NCBI GenBank assembly: GCA_964016885.1
Contig: OZ024758.1
Span: 31,000,001-31,064,000 of the forward strand
DNA from: Eledone cirrhosa
Taxonomy: Eukaryota
Length of the DNA: 64,000 nucleotides
Reading direction: 5' to 3'
The notes beneath the pieces were generated by a model. It did no database searches and was not told the DNA's origin. It saw only the letters and a program-made list of their open reading frames with translations. The number at the start of each line of letters is the position of its first letter. Position 1 is the first letter of the stretch. Of this stretch, positions 51,642 through 64,000 are shown piece after piece. Made by a program: the position numbers and the translations under genes.

Positions 51642-51645
<4 letters not shown>
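50932..51645 (-). mobile_element. Decayed copy of the 61642 retrozyme-like family with inverted 3' copy
   Basis: Direct repeat at 50933 and 51407 (~474-bp period); 51493-51640 mirrors 51300-51452. Confidence 0.8.
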
Positions 51646-51701
<56 letters not shown>

Positions 51702-52221
51702 AATGTGGAGAGGAGGCACACGAGTTAGGATATATATATATGCCTCCTTCACAGAACCATGGTTTAACTAAACACTCTTGCGATATTAACACATTTTGAA
51801 CTGCTTAACTTCAATGACTGTGCTTGTAAATAACATTAACTTTTCTTCCACATTGACTTTTTACGTTCCACATTATGCACGGTTGTTTTCCTTTTTCTTT
51901 TCACTTATTAAACCTTGTTTGTATATAACATTATTTTTTTCTGCACCTTCTGTTTAACATGTGGGACACCACACTAATACATTTCATTATCATTTGATAA
52001 TGCATATAAATGCAGAAACCGGTAATAGACAATAATTAAATATATAAATAGATAAATAAATGCCATTGTTAAATAATAAATAAATCAACTAATACCTTAA
52101 CACTTCACACAAAGTAAAACATTTCGTTTTAATCATTTTCTAACACAGAAAAAAGAGAGAGAGACACAAAAAAAGGAAAAAAATATTTTTTTCTTCCTCA
52201 TAATCGTCTATTTCTCCCTGT

Positions 52222-52252
<31 letters not shown>

Positions 52253-52338
52253 CGCCGCTTATATTCTCTTCACGCTGGTGGTTTGAAATTCCTGTAAAGA
52301 AAAACAGACTCTTCTGTGTCTTTCCCCTTTATATATTG

Positions 52339-52417
<79 letters not shown>

Positions 52418-52646
52418 AATATACACGGGTGTGTATGATTATGTATAGAAGATTATATTAATAAAAGGAATTCCAACTTTGTCTGATTTACTCGTTTTAT
52501 TTACAATCCTTTAAAATTTATAATGGTTTTATAATGAAATAGTATGATAGAATATTAACTGTTAAGTGTTAATTGAACAAGTACTTTCATGCTTTCGCAA
52601 TCTTCAGGTTCATAGTGTGTGGTGACAGTCAAGTTTGCAATTTTCA

Positions 52647-52687
<41 letters not shown>

Positions 52688-52689
52688 TT

Positions 52690-53260
52690 TCCTGCCTGGA
52701 AAAAAATATTATTTATAAGTGTACCATTAAATCCGGAGGCAACGAGTGGTATTACGTGGGATCAACGGCAACATCGTTTAAATCTCGATTATATAGGCAT
52801 TCTTACTCAATAAAACACCAGAGCTAAAGAAATGTAACAACTTTAGCAGAAAAAGCTTGGACGCTCAGGGATAGCGATCAAAAGTTTACCCTAAAATGGG
52901 AGAAATTAGCTAAAACCCAAAGCTTTTCCAGGAGCCAAAATTTCTGCAAATTGTGTAATCTTGAGATTTATTACATAATCACACACAAGAAGAAATTGCT
53001 GAATAACAGAATTGAACGAACATTATTCTGCCGTCACAGAACTAAAACCCTTTTTTCCCACTACAAGCCGAATATTACATAAAAGAGGGACATCCCCCCA
53101 ACTATATAAACCTCAATCTAGTTAGAAAAATATAAAAACAATCTCTTCTCAACATATATTAATAACCTTAAATTACCACACTAATAATGGAAAGATATGC
53201 TGATGAGAATAGGTGCAAATATGCGATAATGAATGTGTCTAAAAACGTCCATAAGTATGT
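52690..53260 (+). mobile_element. Degenerate PLE GIY-YIG fragment plus 3' region with decayed HHR (~53196-53254)
   Basis: IIYKCTIKSGGNEWYYVGSTATSFKSRLYRH..TTLAEKAWTL..FCKLC; homologous to 34910-35560. Confidence 0.8.
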
Positions 53261-53340
53261 GAAAATGTATATAAATAAGTAAATATAAATATATGTTTGA
53301 TGTGTATAGTTAGATGTAAGTGTATTCATGTATTAAAGTG

Positions 53341-53380
<40 letters not shown>

Positions 53381-54695
53381 CATTATGAAGAGAGAAGAAA
53401 CATTTAGATATAATTAGTAATAAAATGTATCATACCTAAACTGCTCCTAAATTCCTCGACTACGTAGTTTCGTGGCATAAACAAAAACAATATATCATAA
53501 AGACATAGAGTCCTTGCGAGGTCTGCCGACTTATCAAGAGGATACCTCATTTTACTAGTCTCAAGAACGCGTCTACACGACGTGAGAAAGAATTCCAAAA
53601 GGCGGAGGGGGAGATAGTCACGCGATATAACGGTCGAGAAACAGAGCTAAGCCTCTTATAACCACGAAGAAAATACCACGGAGGCGGAGGGGGCATTTAT
53701 ATCGAGGCCGTAGAAGAGGTGGTGAAGAAGGCGAGAAGTATGAGTAATGGAAGCTTTCCGGCTGTCCCCACACCTCAAAGATTGCTCGACCAGAGGGAGT
53801 TATTAACAATATATTTAGAAACACACAGATACATGCGGACACACACATATATACATGAATGCATCCGCACCCAACTGTGAGTTAAGGGTGCCAACTTCAC
53901 CGATGTTGCTCAATGAATGACTGGGACAGACCAATTCAGTTGAACTAGACTGAACCAGTATCAGAGTTAAAAATACATTATGAAGAGAGAAGAAACATTT
54001 AGATATAATTAGTAATAAAATGTATCATACCTAAACTGCGGATGCATTCATGTATATATGTGTGTGTCCGCATGTATCTGTGTGTTTCTAAATATATTGT
54101 TAATAACTCCCTCTGGTCGAGCAATCTTTGAGGTGTGGGGACAGCCGGAAAGCTTCCATTACTCATACTTCTCGCCTTCTTCACCACCTCTTCTACGGAC
54201 TCGATATAAATGCCCCCTCCGCCTCCGTGGTATTTTCTTCGGGGTTATAAGAGGCTTAGCTCTGTTTCTCGACCGTTATATCGCGTGACTATCTCCCCCT
54301 CCGCCTTTTGGGATTCTTTCTCACGTCGTGTAGACGCGTTCTTGAGACTAGTAAAATGAGGTATCCTCTTGATAAGTCGGCAGACCTCGCAAGGACTCTA
54401 TGTCTTTATGATATATTGTTTTTGTTTATGCCACGAAACTACGTAGTCGAGGAATTTAGGAGCAGTTTAGGTATGATACATTTTATTACTAATTATATCT
54501 AAATGTTTCTTCTCTCTTCATAATGTATTTTTAACTCTGATACTGGTTCAGTCTAGTTCAACTGAATTGGTCTGTCCCAGTCATTCATTGAGCAACATCG
54601 GTGAAGTTGGCACCCTTAACTCACAGTTGGGTGCGGATGCATTCATGTATATATGTGTGTGTCCGCATGTATCTGTGTGTTTCTAAATATATTAT
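53381..54695. mobile_element. Two inverted, slightly more than unit-length copies of a ~595-bp HHR-containing non-coding unit
   Basis: 53381-53442 recurs at 53976-54037; 54037-54098 recurs at ~54632-54693; arms are reverse complements in permuted register. Confidence 0.88.
54364..54453 (+). ncRNA. Type I HHR with U3-A8 core (mirror copy on minus strand at 53453-53542)
   Basis: TCCTC-TTGATAA-GTCGGCA...TGCCAC-GAAA-CTACGTAG-TC-GAGGA. Confidence 0.75.
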
Positions 54696-55536
54696 ATATA
54701 TGTATATATATATATATATATATAGATGTGTATGTATATGTATATATGTACACATAGACTAGAGTATGTATGTATATATGTGTGTGTCTATACGTGTGTA
54801 TATAAAGATAAGTTGAGTATGAAAATGTATACACATGAACGCGTATGTATGTACATGAATACATGTGTGTATATATATATATGTATGCATGTGTATATGT
54901 ATGTAAGTATGAACATGTTACTATGTGAATGTGAGTATATGTATTTTGTAGAGGTGTGCAAATATATTTGTGTGTGAATGCGTGGGTGAAAGGATACGTA
55001 CACTTGAAAGAAAAATTTAAGTCTGAATGTTAATTAAGTGCAAACACAAAACCAACCACGCATATCTTTACTATCTCTAATCCTTCTATAGATTTAGAAA
55101 AATAACCAATAATATATTCTATAAAAATGTCAAAACAACAGATGGGAATCTAATTACTCACTGCCACCAAAAATTCTCACTGCTATCAAAAAACCACTCC
55201 CTCAACTATTCTTCTAACAACTTCACCCATCCCTCCTAATATTCTCTATAAAAACCAAATAGGTCCTCAGTAATATTATTCTGATGAAATGACAGTAAAT
55301 AATAACATTGAAATATTGAATGTCTGCATAACTAAAACTTTGTAAATAGCAGCTGTTTTAGGTTATGTAACTGTTATAGAAACACGTGTCAATAAATTCC
55401 TTTCAACTAAACTGTATCCATTCAAATCTTTCTATATATATATATATATGTAAAAGGTAAACAGAAATAACCACACAATCGGTAGAGTATATGGAAGGGA
55501 TATATTAGTTTAACGCTTGATATAGCAGGAAGGAGG

Positions 55537-55571
55537 TCTTAACGTTTCGGACGCTAGTCCTTCATCAGAAG
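55537..55571 (-). ncRNA. Minimal type I HHR within element 55450-56222 (fold-back arms 55843-56025 and 56030-56220)
   Basis: Minus: TCTT-CTGATGA-A-GGAC-TAGC-GTCC-GAAA-CGT-TA-AGA. Confidence 0.8.
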
Positions 55572-56804
55572 AAAGAATGAGAAATGAGATAGATTGAGGG
55601 AACGGGCGGGATGGAATTGGTAAAAATGTCTGTAGATAAAAATAACAGGTCCATTCATGTTGACATCTCTTGGAAAACTGTTGGTGCTGGCGTTTTGTGT
55701 ATGATTTATTTTTTAGAAAAGTGGATGATGGCGCGCATCTACCTGAAATAGAAAAAAAAAACGTTTTGTAAAAAGAGCTATACTTGAGCACGTCCGTAAA
55801 CATGTGTTTGTGGGGAGGGACAAGATGATGTGTGGCTACTAATAAAGAGTCTTTAGAAATGTAAGGGAAACACAGACATAAGACAGTTCCCCTCTTCAGT
55901 TGTGTCTGCTGCGGGTCTCTGATGTTTCCACCCATTAAAGTTGTGTACTTCTGTCCAGAGTGCGTCATAACTTCAGGTAGTTATTAGGGAAGGAAAAGAC
56001 AAAAAAAAAGAGACGATAGCATAAAATTTTGTGTTTTTTCTTCTCTTTATTTCCTTTCTCTTCGCTATCGTCTCTTTTTTGTCTTTTCCTTCGCTGATAA
56101 CTACCTGAAGCTATGATGTATTGTCTTTAATGCGTCGAAACATCAGAGACCTACAGCAGACAACTGAAGAGGGGAATTATCTTATTTTTGTGTTTCTCTT
56201 ACATTTCTAAACACTCTTTATCTGTTTTATGTGGAAAGAGTGGCTCGAATTGCTGGGGTTGTAAAAAAAAATAATTTGGTTGTTTGATCTCTGTCACGTT
56301 AATAAATACAATAAATTTCGCACAAATTCGCGTTCCAGAGTCTTTATATTATTTACCTTTAAAAATGTTGCTCAAATTGTTGTTTTTTATAAGTGTAATT
56401 TGGTTGGTACATCAAATTTCGTGCCTGTTCGTGTTTCGGGTTCTTTATTGCCATTGTCAGTAACTTCATTGGAATAAATTGAATGTTTGTGTCGATAGTG
56501 GTGGCGCCTATGATGGTTGTGGCAGGGTAGAAAAGAGAAATACATTCTTTTATTTCTGTGCGTATGTGTGTGTGTGGGGGGGGGGGGGGAGGTTGTAGCA
56601 AAGCGGTTTATTGTCTTGATAATAGAAATAAAAATGATTCCATCCATTAGTAGAAATGGAGAAGGGTGCTGTGTGTGTGTATGTGTGTGTTGGGGGGGGG
56701 AGGGGGTACGGTTAACATGTTAAGGTGTTAAAATATTAACGTGTGTTAAATATATTTAGCTCTTGTCTTTTATTTTCGAATATAGAGAAGGGTATTATCT
56801 GTGT

Positions 56805-56850
<46 letters not shown>

Positions 56851-57583
56851 ACATATTAAAGTATATTAAGTTATATTTAATGCTGGTCTGTATTTTTGAA
56901 TAAACATATTTTCCTTATTTATTCGTATTTGGTCTGTTGTACTGTCAGTGCAAAGATTAAATGGGAAGACTTGGAATTTGGGTGTCTTATTGTTTGTACA
57001 TATGTCTAGATGTCCACTGAGTGGTATCTGTCTTGTGGTAGGATCTTTTAATTATTGGCGATGAATTGTCATTCTGTTTCTGAGGGTGAGGAGTTTAGTT
57101 TGTCCATATAGGACAATCTTCATTACATCTTTTACATTTAATGGCATAAAGTAAATTTTTTGATGAGCAAGTGAAATGATTTTTTACAACAAAACTTTGT
57201 CCTGATTGAAATGTATAGATTGCTACCTTCAATGAGGTGAGTGCAAGAACAATACATGCAAAGACAAAACCTCGTAAATGGCATAACTGAAGTCGTAGAC
57301 TAAAATTCTATTTAGGAAACCGAATGAGTTAAGAATAAAGTAAATAAAATACAGAGGTAATTGAAACTAAATATATACATACACACAACCATATACGTAC
57401 ATACACAAGCATACGTGGAAACACTCCCCATGGGTATGCAAATTCAAGCACATACACACAAAAAAACGAACAAAAAAAACACACACACGGAAATAAAGAA
57501 CCCACGCAACGCCTGTACCGCACACATACGAACGTATACACCAAATACGCATAAAAATAAATAAATAAAAACATATATATATA

Positions 57584-57645
<62 letters not shown>

Positions 57646-57907
57646 TGTATACATAATTAAATAAACGTATATAAATATACACACATAAATACGTATAAAA
57701 CGCGCGCGCACATCCACATGTAAAACACATGTGTTCGCGGATGTACGTCAACCAAAACACAAAGTACACATATACACACACCCTACATACGTACCTTCGC
57801 AAAACATACAGGTAATATATACTTACCTATACAAATAAGTAATGGTATAAACATAACATATACTTAGCTACCACATCAAGACGTAAAATATCCGCATATA
57901 GTTCGTA

Positions 57908-58470
57908 CTATCCGTTAGGGTATAATGTGGGGCTGTAATACAGGAAAGGTTTGTGCAATTTATGTTTACAAGCCGAAATTGCCTCAGATTTTTTGTTTAA
58001 GATGTGGTCTTTGGCGTAGAGTATTTCCAGGGCTACAGCGGCGCAGAGGTCACATGGTCTTTTATTTTCGTTATACGATTTAGCCCCAGCTAGGATCTCC
58101 CAGTGTAACTTATATTGGGTGTGGTTGTCTTTTAGACTCCAGATATAAGTTGAAAGTGATGTCATATTCCTTCTTAAAGGGTTAAGAAAAGAATGGGTAT
58201 GCATGTAAAGACGCTGCTTGATTCTATTGGGGGTTAACCCTATGTAGGCCCTACGGACGTGAGTATTTCAACCTTACATTTGTAGACAATGTTACTAGAG
58301 AGGCATTTCCCGGATAGAGGCAGTCAACCCGATTCCTACAATTACGGTTAGTACTAGCTACAGGGTTTGCACGTGTTCCTACGGCTAGGTAATTTAGCTA
58401 AATTTGAAGCTGTGATGTTATGTGCAAAGTTAGGAGTCGTAGAGTAAGAAATCTTAATGGTATTTCTATA
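57908..58470 (-). mobile_element. Degenerate PLE GIY-YIG fragment
   Basis: TIKISYSTTPN, TSLSTYIWSLKD..YKLHWEIL..CDLC..ILNKKSE..CKH. Confidence 0.8.
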
Positions 58471-58506
58471 AAAAATTTGGATTTTAGTCTTCAAATTTAT
58501 TATTAT

Positions 58507-58553
<47 letters not shown>

Positions 58554-58756
58554 TACATATATATAGATACATATATATTAGTGGAGGCTTAGTAGTAAGG
58601 ATGTTGGATTTATGATTATTATGTCGTGGGTTCGATTCGTGGGTTGCGTGTTGTGTTCTTGTGCAAAACACTTCATTTCACCTTGCTCCTCTGTACTCAG
58701 CTGAAAATAAGTACCAGCTATTGCTGGTACTTATTTTCAGCACCGGACAAATGACC

Positions 58757-58829
<73 letters not shown>

Positions 58830-59173
58830 GTAATAATAATAAATTTGAAGACTAAAATCCAAAGAGGTCTCGATAAGGATAAATATATATCAAATATATA
58901 AGAACCGCAGAGCAAATATTTATTAAAATAACAGATTAAAGTTTAAGCAAAGAATATTTATTAAAATACACAGTGGGGTGAACACAGCGATTCTTTGCTT
59001 AAACTTTAATCTGTTATTTTAATAAATATATATATATTTATATATATTTATATATATATTTCTTAAAATAACAGATCTTAATAAATATTTTCTCTAGGGT
59101 TCTTATATATTTGATATATATTGATCCTTATCGAGCCCTCTTTGGATTTTAGTCTTCAAATTTATTATTATTA

Positions 59174-59233
<60 letters not shown>

Positions 59234-59378
59234 ATAATAATAGAGTATAAAGTATAATAATAAAGTATTTGGTATAGTGAACTTTTTTTAATTTATTTTA
59301 AAACTTTTTCTTATTTGCTAAATCTTGATTATATATATATATATATACATATATATGTATGTATATATATGTATACAT

Positions 59379-59478
<100 letters not shown>

Positions 59479-60199
59479 CGAGAAAGAGGATAACAATATA
59501 TCGTTAAAGGTAATCCGATAAGAGGTTGTGAAAACTACTTATCATGGATAGATTAAGCTTACGGCGTTGTTTGACTCAACAAGAGGTTTACGTGGATGAC
59601 GAGTTATTGACTTCACTTGTATTCCTATGTAAGTTTATCTTGGAGTAGTAAAATTGAAAAAGTGAAGAATAACAAGGTCAACAGTACAAACAAGGAAATT
59701 TGTTTACAGTCTAACAATTGTTTCTGTGATAGAGTTGTCAAGAAATTGATAAACACTGAAGGCAGTGGCATTTAATTTAAAATACCTTGCACTCGACCAA
59801 TTCCACTCTCTATGCATCGAAAACATTACCGGAAAAGGAGAACTGGTCAACATCATCGGATGCTTCCAAAGCCGCAGGTTCTTTTTTTCAGAGTTTCCCT
59901 CTCTAAGAAAGGTGTTGTGACAATAACTGGGGGCCTTTCACTCCCAGGTGGGGATAAAAAAGTATTATTTGGATGGTCGTTGACTCTGCTGAGTTCCCTT
60001 TCACGGGTCATACATTTCATCCCACAAGGTGTCCAAATATCACCCTCCTCACCAAGCAAGCTTGATGAGGCTGCCGGTTTAACCGCCGACAACCCGACCA
60101 TGAGACAGGTTGTACTGGGTTACATGTTACCAGTAGTACACGAGAGTGACCTGACATATGTGTGTATATATATATATATACATATATATATGTGTTATC

Positions 60200-60239
<40 letters not shown>

Positions 60240-60262
60240 ACATATATATATGTGTTATCCTT

Positions 60263-60293
<31 letters not shown>

Positions 60294-60313
60294 ACATATA
60301 TATATGTGTTATC

Positions 60314-60366
<53 letters not shown>

Positions 60367-60369
<3 letters not shown>

Positions 60370-60749
60370 CAATCACATATATTCTTATTTGTTTGACCCG
60401 AATTACTTGGTCATTTTTATGGCTATGCGGATGATTGTTTAACCATCGTCTCAGTGTGTTTGGCCCTTAACGTATGTTGTAGCTCTGGTTCATCTGATTC
60501 ATCGAGCGCTTGCCACACATCTCGGAAGTTCTTTTTCGTTAGCTCCTAAGCCGAAATACGATTCTCGCTAATTTATATTTGTATATATATATATATTTAT
60601 ATATATATATAAGAAAAACCACAGACCCTCCATCTCAACTCACCTTTTGAAAAGCACAAGAACTGCGAAACCGGTAAAGGAACCAAATAAATATATATAT
60701 TTTTAAAAAAAATATGACTCCAGTTGCATTTTCGATTTCATCTCTTTTT

Positions 60750-60793
<44 letters not shown>

Positions 60794-61007
60794 AAATATA
60801 AATTAGCGAGAATCGTACTTCAGCTCAGGAATTAACGAAAATCAACTTCCGAGATGTGTGGGAAGCGCTCGATGATTCAGATGAACCAGAGCTACAACAT
60901 ACGTTAAGGGCCAAACACACTGAGATGGTGGTTAAACAAATCATCCGCACAGCCAAAATAAACGACCAAGTAATTCGGGTCAAACAATAAAAATATATGT
61001 GATTGAA
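60367..61007. mobile_element. Fold-back element (~215-bp arms) with a nested short HHR element in the (TA)n loop
   Basis: 60367-60582 mirrors 60792-61007. Confidence 0.8.
60643..60680 (+). ncRNA. Minimal HHR with U3-A8 core
   Basis: CCTT-TTGAAAA-GCA-CAAGAAC-TGC-GAAA-CCGG-TA-AAGG. Confidence 0.7.
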
Positions 61008-61518
61008 AATTTACCCGGACCCCTGGATGGTTGGTAAAATCCAGTATTTGGGTTTCTGCGACTCCATAAATCAGGTACTGTCCGCCTACATAAAGAATGT
61101 TAGGCTTCTGGTAAGATGATTGAACAAGGGACCCGTGTTATCAACGGGTTTTTGCTCAAAATGCTATACATAAGTGTGACTATTACTGACCCCACGTGGA
61201 GTTCAGCAAGGGAGGCAACACTTATATTAGGCGAATGAATTCAGTTGTGTATAATATATATATATACATATATATATATACATACACGTATATATATATA
61301 TATATATATATATACACGTATATATATATATACATATACGCACACACAGCCCCACAGATACATAAACAAATGCAACTATCCACTACCCCCCCCCCCCTCA
61401 CACATATATATATATTTTTATATATATATATATATATATATACTATATCCATATATATATATATATATATATATACTATATCCATATATATATATATATA
61501 TATACTATATCCATATAT

Positions 61519-61585
<67 letters not shown>

Positions 61586-61592
61586 TATATAT

Positions 61593-61641
<49 letters not shown>

Positions 61642-62251
61642 AACAAGGTTTAGCAAATAATGAAAAAGTTTCAAAATAAATTTTAAAAAATTGCCTTTAC
61701 CTACTATAGTTACCTTTACCGATCGGTTTCGAATCCCAAAAATAAACGGAGGCCATACGGCCTTCGTTGCAAAGAAAGATTCTCGTCAGAAGGTTCTTTT
61801 CATTCGAAGAATATAAAATTATTGAATTTAAATTACGAACTAGCGCTATCAAAACTGTTCCTGGGATGAGAGTGGATGAAGAAACAATTTTTTCAAGGGC
61901 CGAAGTAAAGATAGAGGCAGAGGGAGGTAGGTCCAACCGGCCGCAACTATCACTAGCAGCAGTCAGAGCGACCCAATTTGTCTCAACAGTATAGGAGAGT
62001 ATTAATAATAGGAAATGTGTTCCTTCACGCACAAGGCGCTAAGGGACACATGTATTGTCCAACCAAATGCCAATGTGGTTCAATGGCAGGTTAATAAATT
62101 AACGAGCCAGAACATATATAAACAAGGTTTAGCAAATAAGGAAAAAGTTTCAAAATAAATTTTAAAAAATTGACTTTACCTACTATAGTTACCTTTACCG
62201 ATCGGTTTCGAATCCCAAAAATAAACGGAGACCATACGGCCTTCGTTGCAA
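61642..62251 (-). mobile_element. Retrozyme-like element: ~479-bp unit plus ~130-bp direct repeat, between (TA)n tracts
   Basis: 61642-61772 recurs at 62121-62251. Confidence 0.85.
61712..61794 (-). ncRNA. Type I HHR with extended stem II
   Basis: Minus: ACCTT-CTGACGA-GAATCTT...[AACGAAGGCC-GTAT-GGCCTCCGTT]...GGGATTC-GAAA-CCGATCGG-TA-AAGGT. Confidence 0.88.
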
Positions 62252-62273
62252 ATATATGTATATATATATATAT

Positions 62274-62440
<167 letters not shown>

Positions 62441-62700
62441 AAGAATGAATAATAACAGGTAGACATCATAAAAAGGTAGTTTATTCCGTGTGCTTACAAG
62501 TGTTTCCACGGTGGTACTGCAGCCTAGTTCCGCTACGTGCAAATTCACAAGTATTTGCAGAACTCGAATATCCAATGCTATGACCACTGTTTCCTCAGAG
62601 CAGAATGCGGAACTAGGCTGCAGTACCACCGTGGAAACACTTGTAAGCACACGGAATAAACTACCTTTTTATGATGTCTACCTGTTATTATTCATTCTTT
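62441..62700. mobile_element. Fold-back element (perfect ~92-bp arms) with complete HHR on minus strand at 62491-62602
   Basis: Minus: TGCT-CTGAGGA-AACAGTGGT...ACCACCGTG-GAAA-CACTTG-TA-AGCA..AATAAA. Confidence 0.75.
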
Positions 62701-62844
62701 ATATACACTCCGGAATACTGAAGGATCAGGAACTAAGTTTCTTGAACAATTCTTCCATAACTCGTAGAGTAACCTCTTACCGTACGTCAACCATATCCAG
62801 TGTAGTAATTAACCATCACTGCATCTTGGATAATCCTATACCTA

Positions 62845-62903
<59 letters not shown>

Positions 62904-63289
62904 CATATACAACCTCTACATACCTAAATTTACACACATACACATATATACATACACACACACCCATATTTGTAAAATACATAATATGTACATACTACCG
63001 TGTTATAAGGAAAACATGATACATTTTAACAGGATATGATATATAGTTGGACCAGTTGGAGACGGGACAAGAGTAATGAAAGTTAGGATCATTCAAGCAG
63101 AATCGGCGGATGGTAACTATATTGTCCACAGAGATGAGATAGCGGACCATGGAGAGTTATATTCCGAAATCAAGGGTGCATGAACATAAATGATTGTTTA
63201 CCTAGGCGTACGTTTCACAATGTGTAAGATGTTATGTATTGTTTCGTTGTAGACACATGGTGAAGTTCCTATGCATGTGTTCGTTCACA

Positions 63290-63990
63290 TATATGTTAAT
63301 TTGTGCATGCAGAGTGTACTTACTTACGTGTGCGTTTTACATTGCATACGATGTTATGTACCGTTATGTGCCGTATATACGTGGGAAGGACCCCATGGAT
63401 GTGTTCGTTCAAAGGGATGTTAAACATGTGCATGCAGAATGGGCCGAAAAGATGATTCAGGTGCTCAGCGAACCGCCGGGCCGCCCCATTTCGTGGATTG
63501 GGCCTGCTTCTATCGGTCATATGGACCAAGCACTCGTTAAGTTCCTATCCAGTGAAATCAGCGCAGAAAAAGTGCAATTCCGGTGATGCAAGCCATGATG
63601 ATCTCGGACTTCAGTTTAACCGGATTATGTTTCAATTTCACTATTTCCATGGCTTCCACCACCCAGAGCTTGCAACGGCCATCGCCCACTGAATATAATA
63701 CGTATGTATATAGTATATATATATATCGACCCCCGCCTCCCTCTCCCAACTCCACCCGCCACGACCCTTACACGCCTCACAATCTTCCACCACTTCTTCA
63801 TCTTATTGTTTATTCTTATGTTTATTTTTACGTTTATTTTTATTTTTATTTGTTCTCCTTTCCCCTTTTTTCAAAATGTATTTCCTCACACCCTCTGAAC
63901 TCTCTTCCTAACCTATTTACTCATGAAGAAGGGCTTATGCCCGAAACACCCCCCCCCCCCACACTCTCAAAAGCGTGAACCTAATAAACC
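63290..63990 (+). mobile_element. Possible highly decayed PLE 3' end
   Basis: YLLTC and CRIYVGRT remnants in different frames; HHR-like ATGAAGA-AGGGC-TTAT-GCCC-GAAAC at ~63923-63947, then AATAAA. Confidence 0.35.
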
Positions 63991-64000
63991 TTTATTTGTC

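Noticed and set aside
53404-54502. Paired 64-76 aa ORFs on both strands
   Set aside because: Mirror images produced by the inverted repeat; non-ATG or weak starts and no motif
55275-55330. CTGATGA-AATG..CATT-GAAA motif as an HHR
   Set aside because: Stem I cannot be formed convincingly; possibly a decayed copy
59812-60155. ORFs 59812-60396 and 59853-60101 as a gene or exon
   Set aside because: No recognisable domain or clear splice sites; the longer ORF runs into microsatellite

Overview
This is an AT-rich, microsatellite-dense animal region made almost entirely of retroelements. The (TA)n/(CA)n density and SINE content suggest a cephalopod such as Octopus; that is an inference. No host gene is confidently identifiable. 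(1) 445-14020 is a head-to-tail array of Tx1-type (L1 group) non-LTR retrotransposons from two or three subfamilies, each separated by a (TATC)n tract. It holds one intact full-length element, one frameshifted full-length element and four fragments. The elements carry conserved splice-site-like signals in the 5' UTR, across the ORF1 stop and directly after the ORF2 stop. (2) 14-64 kb holds Penelope-like element (PLE) fragments (RT, GIY-YIG) and many unrelated non-coding elements. These sit between (TA)n tracts, are usually fold-back and/or partially tandem, and carry type I hammerhead ribozyme (HHR) motifs; more than 15 were read by eye. Several have U3-A8 covariant cores or long branched stem II, and one insertion has two inverted arms that are different circular permutations of the same ~595-nt unit (retrozyme-like). 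Also present are a CR1-group RT, an RTE-like fragment and tRNA-derived SINEs. All coordinates and RNA structures were read manually and are approximate; no folding or database search was run.
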